Below, piece after piece: positions 17,928-30,186 of a DNA stretch of 43,527 nt (its first letter is position 1; each line of letters starts with the position of its first letter). The notes under the pieces are model-generated. The model made no database searches. It was not told where the DNA came from and worked only from the letters and a program-made list of their open reading frames with translations. Position numbers and translations under genes: made by a program. Source of the stretch: Limisphaerales bacterium (GTDB taxonomy: Bacteria > Verrucomicrobiota > Verrucomicrobiia > Limisphaerales > UBA11358); NCBI GenBank assembly GCA_043749955.1, contig JAYVCM010000389.1, forward strand, positions 1 through 43,527, written 5' to 3'.

Positions 17928-20470
17928 AAAATTCATTCTCCCGCCGTCAGTTCGTGAAAAATTCAGCGCTGTTTGTCGGCGCAGGCATGAGCTATCCGCT
18001 GTTGCGAACATTCGCCGCCGACACCAACGCGCCCGCAACCACGCCCATTGCCGCGCGGCCCGCCGCCAACTTACTAACACTGGACGCCTCGGCTCGTCCT
18101 CCGGCAGCCGAGTCGGCTGGTTTTAAGATGGGCACGGCCACCGCGCCCGGCGGCCATACTCTTACCTTGGACAGCCGCAGTTTGCGGCGCGACGGTCAGC
18201 CGTGGGTGTTCATCTCGGGTGAGTTTCATTTTTCGCGCTGCCCGGAATCGGAATGGCGTGACGAACTGCTCAAAATAAAAGCTGGCGGAGTCAGTGTCGT
18301 GGCCACCTACATTTTTTGGATTCACCATGAGGAGGTCGAGGGCACATGGGATTGGAGCGGCCAGCGCAACCTGCGGAAATTTCTCGAAACGTGTCAGGCC
18401 GTTGGTCTGGACGTGTTGCTGCGCATCGGCCCATGGTGTCATGGCGAAGTGCGCAACGGCGGCTTCCCCGACTGGCTGCAAAAGATGGGCGACGACAAAG
18501 TGTTTACCTTACGCCGGAACAATCCCGGTTATCTCGGCTACGTCACGAAGCTTTACGCGCAAATCGCGCAGCAGGCGAAAGGGCTTTTGTGGAAGGACGG
18601 CGGCCCGGTCATCGCCATCCAGTTGGAAAATGAATTCAGCGGCCCCACGGAACATTTGATCACGTTGAAAAAAATGGCGCGCGACGCCGACATGGATGTG
18701 CCGCTCTACACCTGCACCGGCTGGGGCTCGGGCGGCGCGGCGGCGTTTGGTGAACTGGTGCCGTTTTCGGGTGCCTATGTGGATGGCTTCTGGGACCGCT
18801 CGCTGAACGGCGGCGGTTACGGCGGCGTGCTCCGATTTTCCGGATCGCGGCGCGGCAATGCGGCGGCGATGGGCATGCTCGGTGACAGTCCGGCCACGAC
18901 GAACGCGGCTCCAAAATCGTCTCCGGCCAGAGCCGGAACTTATCCCCCCTGCACCTGCGAACTCGGCGGCGGCATGATGGCGAGTTATCACCGGCGCGTT
19001 TTCATGTGGCCGGAAGACACCGAATCCCTGGCCCTGGTCAAACTCGGCTCGGGCGTGAATCTCCTGGGCTTTTACATGTATCACGGCGGCGAAAATCCCG
19101 AAGGCAAACTGACCAACCTCAACGAGACGCAGGCGACGAATTATTGGAATGATCTGCCGGTGAAAAATTACGACTTCCAGGCGCCCATCGGCCAATACGG
19201 CCAGACACGCGGGCACTATCACTTCTTGCGCCAGCTCGGTTTGTTTCTGCAAGACTTCGGCCCCGGACTTTCCGCCATGACTTCACATACGCCCAGCGCG
19301 CGCGGTTCGCTCAACTGGGCCGCGCGTTCCAATGGCGACAGCGGCTACCTCTTCGTCAGCCATTACCAACATTTGTCGCCGCAACCGGATCGGGAAAATA
19401 TCCAATTCCAGATCAAGCTCGCTGGTGGCGACATCACCGTGCCATCCGCGCCGGTCACGATTCCCTACAACAGCCGCTTTTTTTGGCCGCTCAATTTGGA
19501 TCTTGGCGGAGTAAAACTTATTTCTGCTTCCGCGCAGCCGATTTGCCAGCTCAATGATCGGAGCATGCGCTACACCGTCTTCAAACAAACCGCCGCGATT
19601 CCGGCGGAATTTGTTTTCGATGCGGCGACTGCTGTGGTGGATTCTTCCACCGGAAAAATCACAAACGAGAACTCGCAGATTCAAGTGCGCAACGTCCAGC
19701 CCGGTCTGGGCGCAGCCATCCGGCTGCATGGCAAAGACGGGAAGAAACACGTCATCATCCTGCTCGACGAAGCGACGTCGCTGGATCTGTGGAAAGGCGA
19801 ATGGCAGGGTCTGGAACGTCTTTTTGTGACGCACGCGACTTTGCTGCTCGATGGTTCTGCTTTGCGACTGCGCGCAGAAAAACCGGAAGATTTTTCCGTC
19901 GCCATTTTTCCCGCGCCAGCCAGCGTCAAGGATGGTCACGCCAAACTGGCGGCGAAGGACAACGGTTTGTTCCGCCGTTTTTCGCCACGCGTTGCCGCCG
20001 AAAAACCGTTGCAAGCCATCGTGGAACAAGTTCAGCCCGCCGGTCCGGCGCGCACGATTCCGATTGCGCCGGCGGTTTCCGGTCGCCGGCAGGGAATGGC
20101 GATGCAGCCGGAAGATGCGGACTTTGCGCAAGCGGCCGTTTGGCGCGTGAAGCTTCCCGCCTGCGTGGACGCGAGCCGCGACCTGCGTTTGCGCGTGCGC
20201 TACACCGGCGACGTCGCCCGCGCCTATCACGCCGACAAATTGCTCGCCGATGATTTCTATCATGCCCGTCCCTTTGAGATCGGACTCGCCCGTTACGGAC
20301 GCGCCGTGCATCAGGATGGTCTCGTGCTGAAAATTCTCCCGCTGCGTGAAGACGCGCCCATTTACATCACCGACCGTTCCCAGCTCAAATTCGACGACAA
20401 CCACACCGCCCTTACTCTCGAAGGTGTTGATGTCATCGAGACGCGCGAAGTGCGCCTGCTGGCGGGATAA
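17924..20470 (+). CDS. beta-galactosidase, GH35 (Tat signal)
   Basis: ATGA overlap with the upstream stop. Leader MKNSFSRRQFVKNSALFVGAG. Motifs ISGEFHFSRCPESEWRDELLKIKAGGVSVVATYIFWIHHEEVEGTWDWSG, LLRIGPWCHGEVRNGGFPDWL and IAIQLENEF. Confidence 0.85.
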   Translation: MKNSFSRRQFVKNSALFVGAGMSYPLLRTFAADTNAPATTPIAARPAANLLTLDASARPPAAESAGFKMGTATAPGGHTLTLDSRSLRRDGQPWVFISGEFHFSRCPESEWRDELLKIKAGGVSVVATYIFWIHHEEVEGTWDWSGQRNLRKFLETCQAVGLDVLLRIGPWCHGEVRNGGFPDWLQKMGDDKVFTLRRNNPGYLGYVTKLYAQIAQQAKGLLWKDGGPVIAIQLENEFSGPTEHLITLKKMARDADMDVPLYTCTGWGSGGAAAFGELVPFSGAYVDGFWDRSLNGGGYGGVLRFSGSRRGNAAAMGMLGDSPATTNAAPKSSPARAGTYPPCTCELGGGMMASYHRRVFMWPEDTESLALVKLGSGVNLLGFYMYHGGENPEGKLTNLNETQATNYWNDLPVKNYDFQAPIGQYGQTRGHYHFLRQLGLFLQDFGPGLSAMTSHTPSARGSLNWAARSNGDSGYLFVSHYQHLSPQPDRENIQFQIKLAGGDITVPSAPVTIPYNSRFFWPLNLDLGGVKLISASAQPICQLNDRSMRYTVFKQTAAIPAEFVFDAATAVVDSSTGKITNENSQIQVRNVQPGLGAAIRLHGKDGKKHVIILLDEATSLDLWKGEWQGLERLFVTHATLLLDGSALRLRAEKPEDFSVAIFPAPASVKDGHAKLAAKDNGLFRRFSPRVAAEKPLQAIVEQVQPAGPARTIPIAPAVSGRRQGMAMQPEDADFAQAAVWRVKLPACVDASRDLRLRVRYTGDVARAYHADKLLADDFYHARPFEIGLARYGRAVHQDGLVLKILPLREDAPIYITDRSQLKFDDNHTALTLEGVDVIETREVRLLAG

Positions 20471-20513
20471 TCATCTTTGAATTCATCCTGTAAACCATAA
20501 TTTATTGCCGTCT

Positions 20514-21278
20514 ATGAAAGATTCACACTCACGCCGCCAGTTCATCGCACAGGCCGCGCTCGTTGTCGTCGCTGCTTTCAGTCTGTCGCTGTCGCCGGCC
20601 CGCGCCGCCGAAACGAACGCGCCGCCGACCACCATCCCCTCCGACAGCAATTACAAAGCTCACAACGCCTGGAACAGAGGATGTGAACGCCGGGTTGCGG
20701 CCGTGAAGGACAAACCTTGCGACCTCATCTTCATCGGCGATTCAATCACGGATAATTTCACCGGCCGGCCGTCGCCCAGTTGGGGATCGGTCGGCGGGGA
20801 AGTTTGGGATAAATATTATGCGAACCGGCGCGCACTGAATTTCGGCGTCGGCGCGGACACGACCCAGAATGTGCTGTGGCGGCTGGATAACATGGACATC
20901 AAGGAATTGAAACCCAAGGTGGCAGTCGTGTTGATTGGCACCAACAACAATAAAAATTCGCCGGCGGAGATTGCCGCTGGTGTGAAGGCGGTCATCGAAA
21001 AAACGCGGCAGACTTTTTCCACGGCGAAAATAATTCTCGTCAGCATCCTGCCCAATGCCCGTGCGACGGAGAAAATGGCCGAGGCCAACAAACTCATCCA
21101 GCCGTTGGGCGATGATAAATCTGTTTTCTATTTCGACCTCGCCGCCAAAATGACGCCCGTTGGCAACAGTTGGAAGGGCTTGGGGTCGGATCGTCTCCAC
21201 CTCTTGCCGGAAGGCTACGAACTTTGGGCTTCTGAAATGGAACCGCTGCTGACAAAACTGCTCACCCACAATCCGTAA
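20514..21278 (+). CDS. SGNH/GDSL-family esterase (PAF-acetylhydrolase-like, probable carbohydrate O-acetylesterase), Tat signal
   Basis: ATG at 20514 preferred over the TTG at 20505. Leader MKDSHSRRQFIAQAAL. SGNH blocks LIFIGDSITDNF, LNFGVGADTT, VVLIGTNN and DRLHLLPEGY. Confidence 0.8.
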   Translation: MKDSHSRRQFIAQAALVVVAAFSLSLSPARAAETNAPPTTIPSDSNYKAHNAWNRGCERRVAAVKDKPCDLIFIGDSITDNFTGRPSPSWGSVGGEVWDKYYANRRALNFGVGADTTQNVLWRLDNMDIKELKPKVAVVLIGTNNNKNSPAEIAAGVKAVIEKTRQTFSTAKIILVSILPNARATEKMAEANKLIQPLGDDKSVFYFDLAAKMTPVGNSWKGLGSDRLHLLPEGYELWASEMEPLLTKLLTHNP

Positions 21279-21295
21279 ATAATTAATCGCAACCT

Positions 21296-24255
<2,960 letters not shown>

Positions 24256-24289
24256 TTTCCCGCTCAAAGAACTTTCAGAATTTTCCGCC

Positions 24290-27187
24290 ATGAATATGAA
24301 GCGCAAAAAAACCACGACGGGTTTGCAGGCGATTCTGTTCACCGGCCTGATGGTCGCGGCGGGAACGGTTTGGCCGGCAACAGTTGTTTCCGAAAATCCC
24401 GTGTGGCCGAGGCCAATCATCGTGCCCGTGCCGGTGATGACGGCGGGAGTGACGCAGGCGGTCGTCGTGTTGCAAAGCTGGAAAACCATTTCCAATCCGC
24501 AGGGCGAATTCTGGAATGACTCCACCAATCTTTCGGCTTGGCATGACATGACCATGGGCGGTGGACGGCGCGGCGGCGGCTTTGGTGGCGGTGGTGGTGG
24601 TGGCCAGTCGGCTTTCAAAACTATTTTGGAAATTCCGGCGGACTACGCGGGGCATCGCGTGGTCTTGCGCTTCGATGGCGTTTCCAACGGCGCGAAAATC
24701 TGGATCAATGGCAAATTCGTCCGCGACCATTGGGGCTCGTTCATGCCGTTCACCTGCGACATCACGGATTTTGTCGAGCCGGGAAAACCTGCGAATCTCG
24801 TCGTCGGTGTTGACGACAGCCGGACGGGTCTCGCGCAATATGTCCGTGCCGGCGGGCTGCAACGCGACGTGAAACTTTTCGCCGCGCCGCTGGATTATCT
24901 CACGCGCTTCCATATCGCCACGGATTTTGATGCGCAGTATCGCGACGCGACGATGAAGATCTGGCTGCGCATGGATTTTCACGGCGCAGAAAAAGGACGC
25001 GTGAAACTCTCGCTGAAAAACTCCCAAGGCCGGGCTGTGGAATTAAAACCTGATGTGATTGACCTTTCACGCGCAACGCCGGAAATCATCACCGAGGTTC
25101 CCGTTGCCAGCCCGCTCAAGTGGGACGCCGAGCATCCGAACCTTTACACGCTCGAAGTCAGCGTCATCGGCGCGTATGGAACGGCGTTGCAAACGCTCTC
25201 GCGAAAATTTGGTTTTATAAAAATGGAACGCGCCGGACGCCGCGTGCTCGTCAACGGAAAGGAAGTGAAGCTACGTGGCCTGTGGGGCGGCAACAGCGTT
25301 CAGGACATGGTGGATTACAACATCAATCACACGCGTCAGAAATGGGCGACGGAGCAATTGCTCGACGATTGCGACCGGCTCGGCGTTTATGTCACGGACG
25401 AGAACCCGGTTGATTTCGCCAAAAATCCCGTCGCCAATGATCCGCAGTTTCTTTCGCAATACCTGAGCTTCATGGCCGACCTCGTGGAGCGTGACCGCGA
25501 TCATCCATCCGTCATCATGTGGGGCCTGGACAACGAATCGGAATACGGCTCGAACGTCGAACCGACTTTCAAATACGTCCACGCCGAAGACCCGCAGCGC
25601 ACGGCGATGTTCAGTTGGGGAAGCCGCGCGCCGGCGGACAAGGATCTGCCCTACGACGTTTATAGTTTTCATTATCCGCCGTTCAACGGCGACCTCGCGT
25701 CCTACGGCAACTCCGCGTTCAATGCCCGCTCACTCGTTCTCGACCGCCAGCCGCCGCCGGAGATTCCCGTGATCGCCGACGAATATGCGCATCTCCCGAT
25801 CTACGATCCCGAGGAATTGCGGCGTGATCCGGGCGTGCATAATTTCTGGGGCGAGAGCATCAAATTTTATTGGGAGAAAATGTTTATGACCGACGGCGCG
25901 CTGGGCGGCGACATTTTCGGACTGCCCGGCGGGCGCGGCGGCGGCGCGCGTCCGCCGGAATACTGGCTGATCAAAAAAGCCTATTCACCCGTGCGCGTGG
26001 ACAACCAGACGCTCGCCAATCCCGGAGCGGGAAAATCGCTGAACACTCCAGTGAAGAACTGGTTTGATCACACGGGCCTGGACGAGTTGAAAATTCATTG
26101 GGCGGTCGGCGGTGAATCCGGCGACCTGGCCGGCCCAAAGATTGCACCGCACGCAAGCGGACATTTTGAAATTCCTGCGCGCAACTGGCGCGATGGCGAT
26201 GTGGTCAGCTTGAAATTTTTGCGGGCGGATGGATTGGTGGTCGAGGAAAGCGCCCTGCCAGTTGCGCCCCAGCGACCGGCTTTGCCCATGGCCCAAGGTT
26301 CAGCGCCGCGAATCACTGAAGACACCAATTCAATCATCGTGACCGGAACCGATTTCATGGTCGCGTTCAGCAAGCAGACCGGATTGATCACGAGCGGAAT
26401 TTTTCAGGGAACTGAAATCATCAAGGGCGGGCCATATCTTCACATCGTGGCGACGGACCACGGAAAATCCACTTTAGATTTGCCGGATTGGTCGTTGAAG
26501 CAGATCACGACCGCGCGTGAAAACAAGGAAGCGGTCGTTCGCATCGCGGGGAACTACGGCGCGGCGGATGTGGATTTCGAATTGCACATTGATGGCGCGG
26601 GATTGATCACGACGAAATACAAACTGGGTGCGTTTCCGTTCACACCGCCGGCCGCGCATCCGCGTCCGTGGAATGATTCGCACTACGGCGGCTTTTCTGA
26701 AGTCGGAATTTCCTTCGCCTTGACGAACGGCGTTGACCGGCTCGCGTGGAACCGGAAAAGTTTCTGGTCGTTTTATCCCGAAGACCATATCGGTCGCAGC
26801 ATCGGCGTTGCGCAACGCGCGGCCACGAACGGTTCATGGGGACAAGGCGGCGGCGGTGGTGGGCGCGGTGGTTTTGGCGGGGGTCAAGGCGGTGGTGCCA
26901 CGGTCAGCGGCGCGAATGATTTCCGCGCGATGAAGGAATATATCTACTCGGCGGTCGCGCTCGTCGGCGGGACGGAACTGGGTTTGCAGGCGTTGTCCGA
27001 TGCGCATGATGCGGTGCGGATGGAAATTGTCACCGGCGAGAATGGCGGGATCAACATGATCGTGAACAACGAGTGGAACTATCCGCAACTCGGCAACAGC
27101 AATTTCATGAAGCCGCCGATCCATGTCGGCGAAGGCTACGCGAACAGTGTGCGGGTGCGGTTCGCCCGCAACAACGGGGTGCCTTGA
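24290..27187 (+). CDS. GH2-family glycoside hydrolase (divergent) with Gly/Arg-rich insertions
   Basis: Signal peptide. Sugar-binding domain VVLRFDGVSNGAKIWINGKFVRDHWGSFMPFTCDITDFV. TIM-barrel motifs INHTRQKWATEQLLDDCDRLGVYVTDENP and HPSVIMWGLDNESEYG. Insertions GGGRRGGGFGGGGGGGQ and GQGGGGGGRGGFGGGQGGG. Confidence 0.75.
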   Translation: MNMKRKKTTTGLQAILFTGLMVAAGTVWPATVVSENPVWPRPIIVPVPVMTAGVTQAVVVLQSWKTISNPQGEFWNDSTNLSAWHDMTMGGGRRGGGFGGGGGGGQSAFKTILEIPADYAGHRVVLRFDGVSNGAKIWINGKFVRDHWGSFMPFTCDITDFVEPGKPANLVVGVDDSRTGLAQYVRAGGLQRDVKLFAAPLDYLTRFHIATDFDAQYRDATMKIWLRMDFHGAEKGRVKLSLKNSQGRAVELKPDVIDLSRATPEIITEVPVASPLKWDAEHPNLYTLEVSVIGAYGTALQTLSRKFGFIKMERAGRRVLVNGKEVKLRGLWGGNSVQDMVDYNINHTRQKWATEQLLDDCDRLGVYVTDENPVDFAKNPVANDPQFLSQYLSFMADLVERDRDHPSVIMWGLDNESEYGSNVEPTFKYVHAEDPQRTAMFSWGSRAPADKDLPYDVYSFHYPPFNGDLASYGNSAFNARSLVLDRQPPPEIPVIADEYAHLPIYDPEELRRDPGVHNFWGESIKFYWEKMFMTDGALGGDIFGLPGGRGGGARPPEYWLIKKAYSPVRVDNQTLANPGAGKSLNTPVKNWFDHTGLDELKIHWAVGGESGDLAGPKIAPHASGHFEIPARNWRDGDVVSLKFLRADGLVVEESALPVAPQRPALPMAQGSAPRITEDTNSIIVTGTDFMVAFSKQTGLITSGIFQGTEIIKGGPYLHIVATDHGKSTLDLPDWSLKQITTARENKEAVVRIAGNYGAADVDFELHIDGAGLITTKYKLGAFPFTPPAAHPRPWNDSHYGGFSEVGISFALTNGVDRLAWNRKSFWSFYPEDHIGRSIGVAQRAATNGSWGQGGGGGGRGGFGGGQGGGATVSGANDFRAMKEYIYSAVALVGGTELGLQALSDAHDAVRMEIVTGENGGINMIVNNEWNYPQLGNSNFMKPPIHVGEGYANSVRVRFARNNGVP

Positions 27188-27224
27188 CAGTTTTCAATCC
27201 AGGCCATTTTAACATTTCAATCAC

Positions 27225-28313
27225 ATGATCACGAAACGATGCGGATTAATTTTTCTGGCCGTGACCGCTTTGCTGCTGGCGAATGAAGTCCAAGCTCAAC
27301 CGACGACGGCATCCACGAACGTGGCCGTCGGCCCGCGCGGCGGTGGATTCCGGCGGATGATGGAAGACTCCACGAACATCGTGAAGTTCTCGACGATTCG
27401 CGCGCAAGACGTGTGCATCCTGCCGGACGAAGCGACGAAAACTTACTACCTGATTGCGTCGGGCGGCGGAGGTGTGCGCGCGTGGACGAGCAAGGATCTG
27501 GAAAGCTGGCAAGGGCCGAAGACGATTTTCAGGACGCCGACAAACATCTGGGGCGACATTCCCACGGCGGGAATCTGGGCGCCGGAGATGCATTTCTACC
27601 ATGGTAAATATTATTTATTCCTGACTTTTAATTCACAGAACCGGTTGGCAGAGCAGTGGCGGCAATGGCGTCCGCGCGTCACGCGCGGCTCGCAGATTTT
27701 GTGGGGCGAATCGCCGAACGGGCCGTTCATGGCGTTCACGAATCATTCCACGACTCCGCCGGACATGATGACGCTGGACGGAACGCTTTGGGTCGAGGAC
27801 GGCGTGCCTTACATGGTGTTCTGCCATGAGTGGGTGCAGATCACCGACGGCACGATTGAATATATTCCGCTCAAAGAAGATTTGTCCGAAGCGACCGGCG
27901 AACCGAAGAAAATGTTTCGCGCCAGCTCGGCAAAATGGAGCGAGCCGGTGGAAGAAGGCGGCCACGTCACCGATGGCGCGTATCTTTACAAGGGCAAGAC
28001 CGGAAAACTTTACATGATCTGGTCGAGCCGCGCGCATGACCAGACTTACGAACTGGGTGTCGCCATTTCCGATTCCGGCAAACTGGCCGGGCCGTGGCGG
28101 CAGGAGGACGAACCGATCTTCAAGGACAACGGCGGACATGGAATGATTTTTCACACGTTCGAAGGGAAGCTGATGATGGTGTTGCACGCGCCCGACGGAC
28201 GCGGGCCGCAACCACGCCTTTTTGAAATTGAAGACACCGGCGAGACGTTGCGCATCGTCAAAGAATTTTCTGGCGCAGAACCAACGGGGAACACCCAAAA
28301 ATCAATCAAGTGA
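27225..28313 (+). CDS. GH43-family glycoside hydrolase
   Basis: Signal peptide. Motifs AQDVCILPDEATKTYYLIASG, IWAPEMHFYHGKYYLFLT, LDGTLWVEDGVPYMVFCHEW and TDGAYLYKGKTGKLYMIWSS. Confidence 0.8.
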   Translation: MITKRCGLIFLAVTALLLANEVQAQPTTASTNVAVGPRGGGFRRMMEDSTNIVKFSTIRAQDVCILPDEATKTYYLIASGGGGVRAWTSKDLESWQGPKTIFRTPTNIWGDIPTAGIWAPEMHFYHGKYYLFLTFNSQNRLAEQWRQWRPRVTRGSQILWGESPNGPFMAFTNHSTTPPDMMTLDGTLWVEDGVPYMVFCHEWVQITDGTIEYIPLKEDLSEATGEPKKMFRASSAKWSEPVEEGGHVTDGAYLYKGKTGKLYMIWSSRAHDQTYELGVAISDSGKLAGPWRQEDEPIFKDNGGHGMIFHTFEGKLMMVLHAPDGRGPQPRLFEIEDTGETLRIVKEFSGAEPTGNTQKSIK

Positions 28314-30142
28314 AAACGACCGCTTCTTTTGCCATTGCCACTTTGGGCATCGTTTTGTTCGCCGGTTGCGCCAGCAACAAACTGCCGGCGACGCTTCGCA
28401 GTGACACGCAGCCGGAAGGGCCGGTGATTGGTATGAGCCGGGTTTCCAGTGATGATGCGAGCGCGGTGATGTCGAACGGAAACCACCACACGGTGACTTT
28501 TCCCGCCAGCGAGGGAAAACCTGCGGTCGTGTTCTCGTTCACGGAAACGGACATCAACGACCGCCTGGGACTGGCGTTGGACGTAAAAAATTCCGGGCGC
28601 GAGCCGCTGCGCGTTTTCGCCGATCTCAATGGCGACACCTGGGTGCGGGGATACGTCAACGTTGCGCCGGGCAAAACCAGCACTCTTTATATTTTCGCGC
28701 GTCGCAAACATCTTTCCGGGACGGCGACGAATACTTTTCCCGGAATGCACGGAATTCCCGGCGGCAAGATGTCGCTGTGGTCGGGCTTGGATGAACCGCT
28801 CATGGCCGGGGAAATCAAATTCTTTGTCGTCGCGCCCAAGCAGGTGTCGCGGTTTGAGGTGGGCAACCTCCGTCCTTTCGGCTCGTCCAAGCTTCCCGAC
28901 CTCGCGAACTTTTTCCCGTTCATTGACCGGTATGGCCAGTTCAATCACAAGGACTGGCCGGGCAAAACTCATGCCGACGCGGATTTCAAAACCATTCTAA
29001 AAACGGAAGACGCCGATCTGGCGGGCCACCAAAATCCGCAGAAGCTTGATCAATATGGCGGCTGGGCGGACGGGCCGCAGTTGAAAGCCACGGGACATTT
29101 TCGTGTGGAAAAATTTGACGGCAAGTGGTGGTTCGTAGATCCCGAAGGCCGGCTCTTCTGGTCGGACGGACTGGACTGCGTCGGGTTCAATCAGAGTTCC
29201 ACCAGAATTTCGGGGCGCGAATTTTTCTACGAAGGTTCTGCGTCGACCAATTTTCTGGCGCGAAATCTCGAGACAAAATTCGGAGCGGACTGGCGCGACA
29301 TCACCGGCGACCGCCTCTTGCAGCGTTTGCAGAGTTGGGGTTTGAACACGTTGGGCGGCGGCGCGGATCGCGGCATCGCGCAAAAACACAAGGTTCCTTA
29401 CACGCTGCAACTCTCGTCGCGAAGATTTCTCTGGGGAACGATTGATTCCGCAAATACGAACCGGGCTGGCGCTGTCATTGATCCCACCAGCACCAACTGG
29501 GTGGCAAATGTGCGGCGCATATTCACGCAGGCCGCGCAGACGATGAAGGACGACCCTTGGTGCATCGGGGTTTTTGTGGACAACGAAATTCATGCGAGCG
29601 CCGAACCGGCGTGGTTTGAAAGTTACTACAAACAAGTCGGCGCGCTGGCGAAGGAATTTTTGCCGGACACGCTTTATCTCGGCAGCCGGCTGGATTATCA
29701 CGACTGGCCGGACGTGCCGGCGGCGCGCAAGGAAATCGTCCGCGCCGCCGCGAAATACTGCGACGTGATCAGTTTCAATTTTTATAAATTCACGCTCGAT
29801 GATTTTGTCCTGCCCGCCGGCGTGGACAAGCCGGTCGTCATCGGGGAATTCCACATGGGCGCGTTGGATCGCGGTTTGTTTCACACGGGCCTGCGTTCGG
29901 TGGTTGACCAGAACCAGCGCGCGGAAGGTTATCGCTGCTACGTCACGAGCGCGCTGCAAAACCCCGCCATCGTCGGCGCGCATTGGTTTCAGTGTTACGA
30001 TGAATCCACCACCGGCCGGGGCGACGGGGAAAATTATCAGATCGGCTTTCTCGACATCTGCGACACGCCTTATTGGGAAACCATTGCCGCCGCGCGCGAG
30101 GTCGGCTATAAACTTTACCGCATTCGCAGCGGCGCAAAATAA
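28310..30142 (+). CDS. Lipoprotein, putative TIM-barrel glycoside hydrolase (tentatively GH50/agarase-like, with an N-terminal CBM-like domain); family uncertain
   Basis: GTGA overlap with the upstream stop. Lipobox IVLFAGCAS. Candidate catalytic contexts GVFVDNEIH and VVIGEFHMGALDRGLFHTGL. C-terminal AHWFQCYDESTTGRGDGENYQIGFLD. The family call rests on remembered motif similarity only. Confidence 0.45.
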   Translation: MKTTASFAIATLGIVLFAGCASNKLPATLRSDTQPEGPVIGMSRVSSDDASAVMSNGNHHTVTFPASEGKPAVVFSFTETDINDRLGLALDVKNSGREPLRVFADLNGDTWVRGYVNVAPGKTSTLYIFARRKHLSGTATNTFPGMHGIPGGKMSLWSGLDEPLMAGEIKFFVVAPKQVSRFEVGNLRPFGSSKLPDLANFFPFIDRYGQFNHKDWPGKTHADADFKTILKTEDADLAGHQNPQKLDQYGGWADGPQLKATGHFRVEKFDGKWWFVDPEGRLFWSDGLDCVGFNQSSTRISGREFFYEGSASTNFLARNLETKFGADWRDITGDRLLQRLQSWGLNTLGGGADRGIAQKHKVPYTLQLSSRRFLWGTIDSANTNRAGAVIDPTSTNWVANVRRIFTQAAQTMKDDPWCIGVFVDNEIHASAEPAWFESYYKQVGALAKEFLPDTLYLGSRLDYHDWPDVPAARKEIVRAAAKYCDVISFNFYKFTLDDFVLPAGVDKPVVIGEFHMGALDRGLFHTGLRSVVDQNQRAEGYRCYVTSALQNPAIVGAHWFQCYDESTTGRGDGENYQIGFLDICDTPYWETIAAAREVGYKLYRIRSGAK

Positions 30143-30186
30143 ATTTGAAATTTCAGCAGATAAAAAACGGTATTCAAACCAACGCC

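Noticed and set aside
24557-24607. GGC/GGT-rich tracts as a CRISPR array, a G-quadruplex or a non-coding repeat
   Set aside because: They are in frame within a GH2 gene and encode Gly/Arg runs. There is no repeat-spacer periodicity, and most G runs are only 2 nt long. No CRISPR array was seen anywhere in the window.
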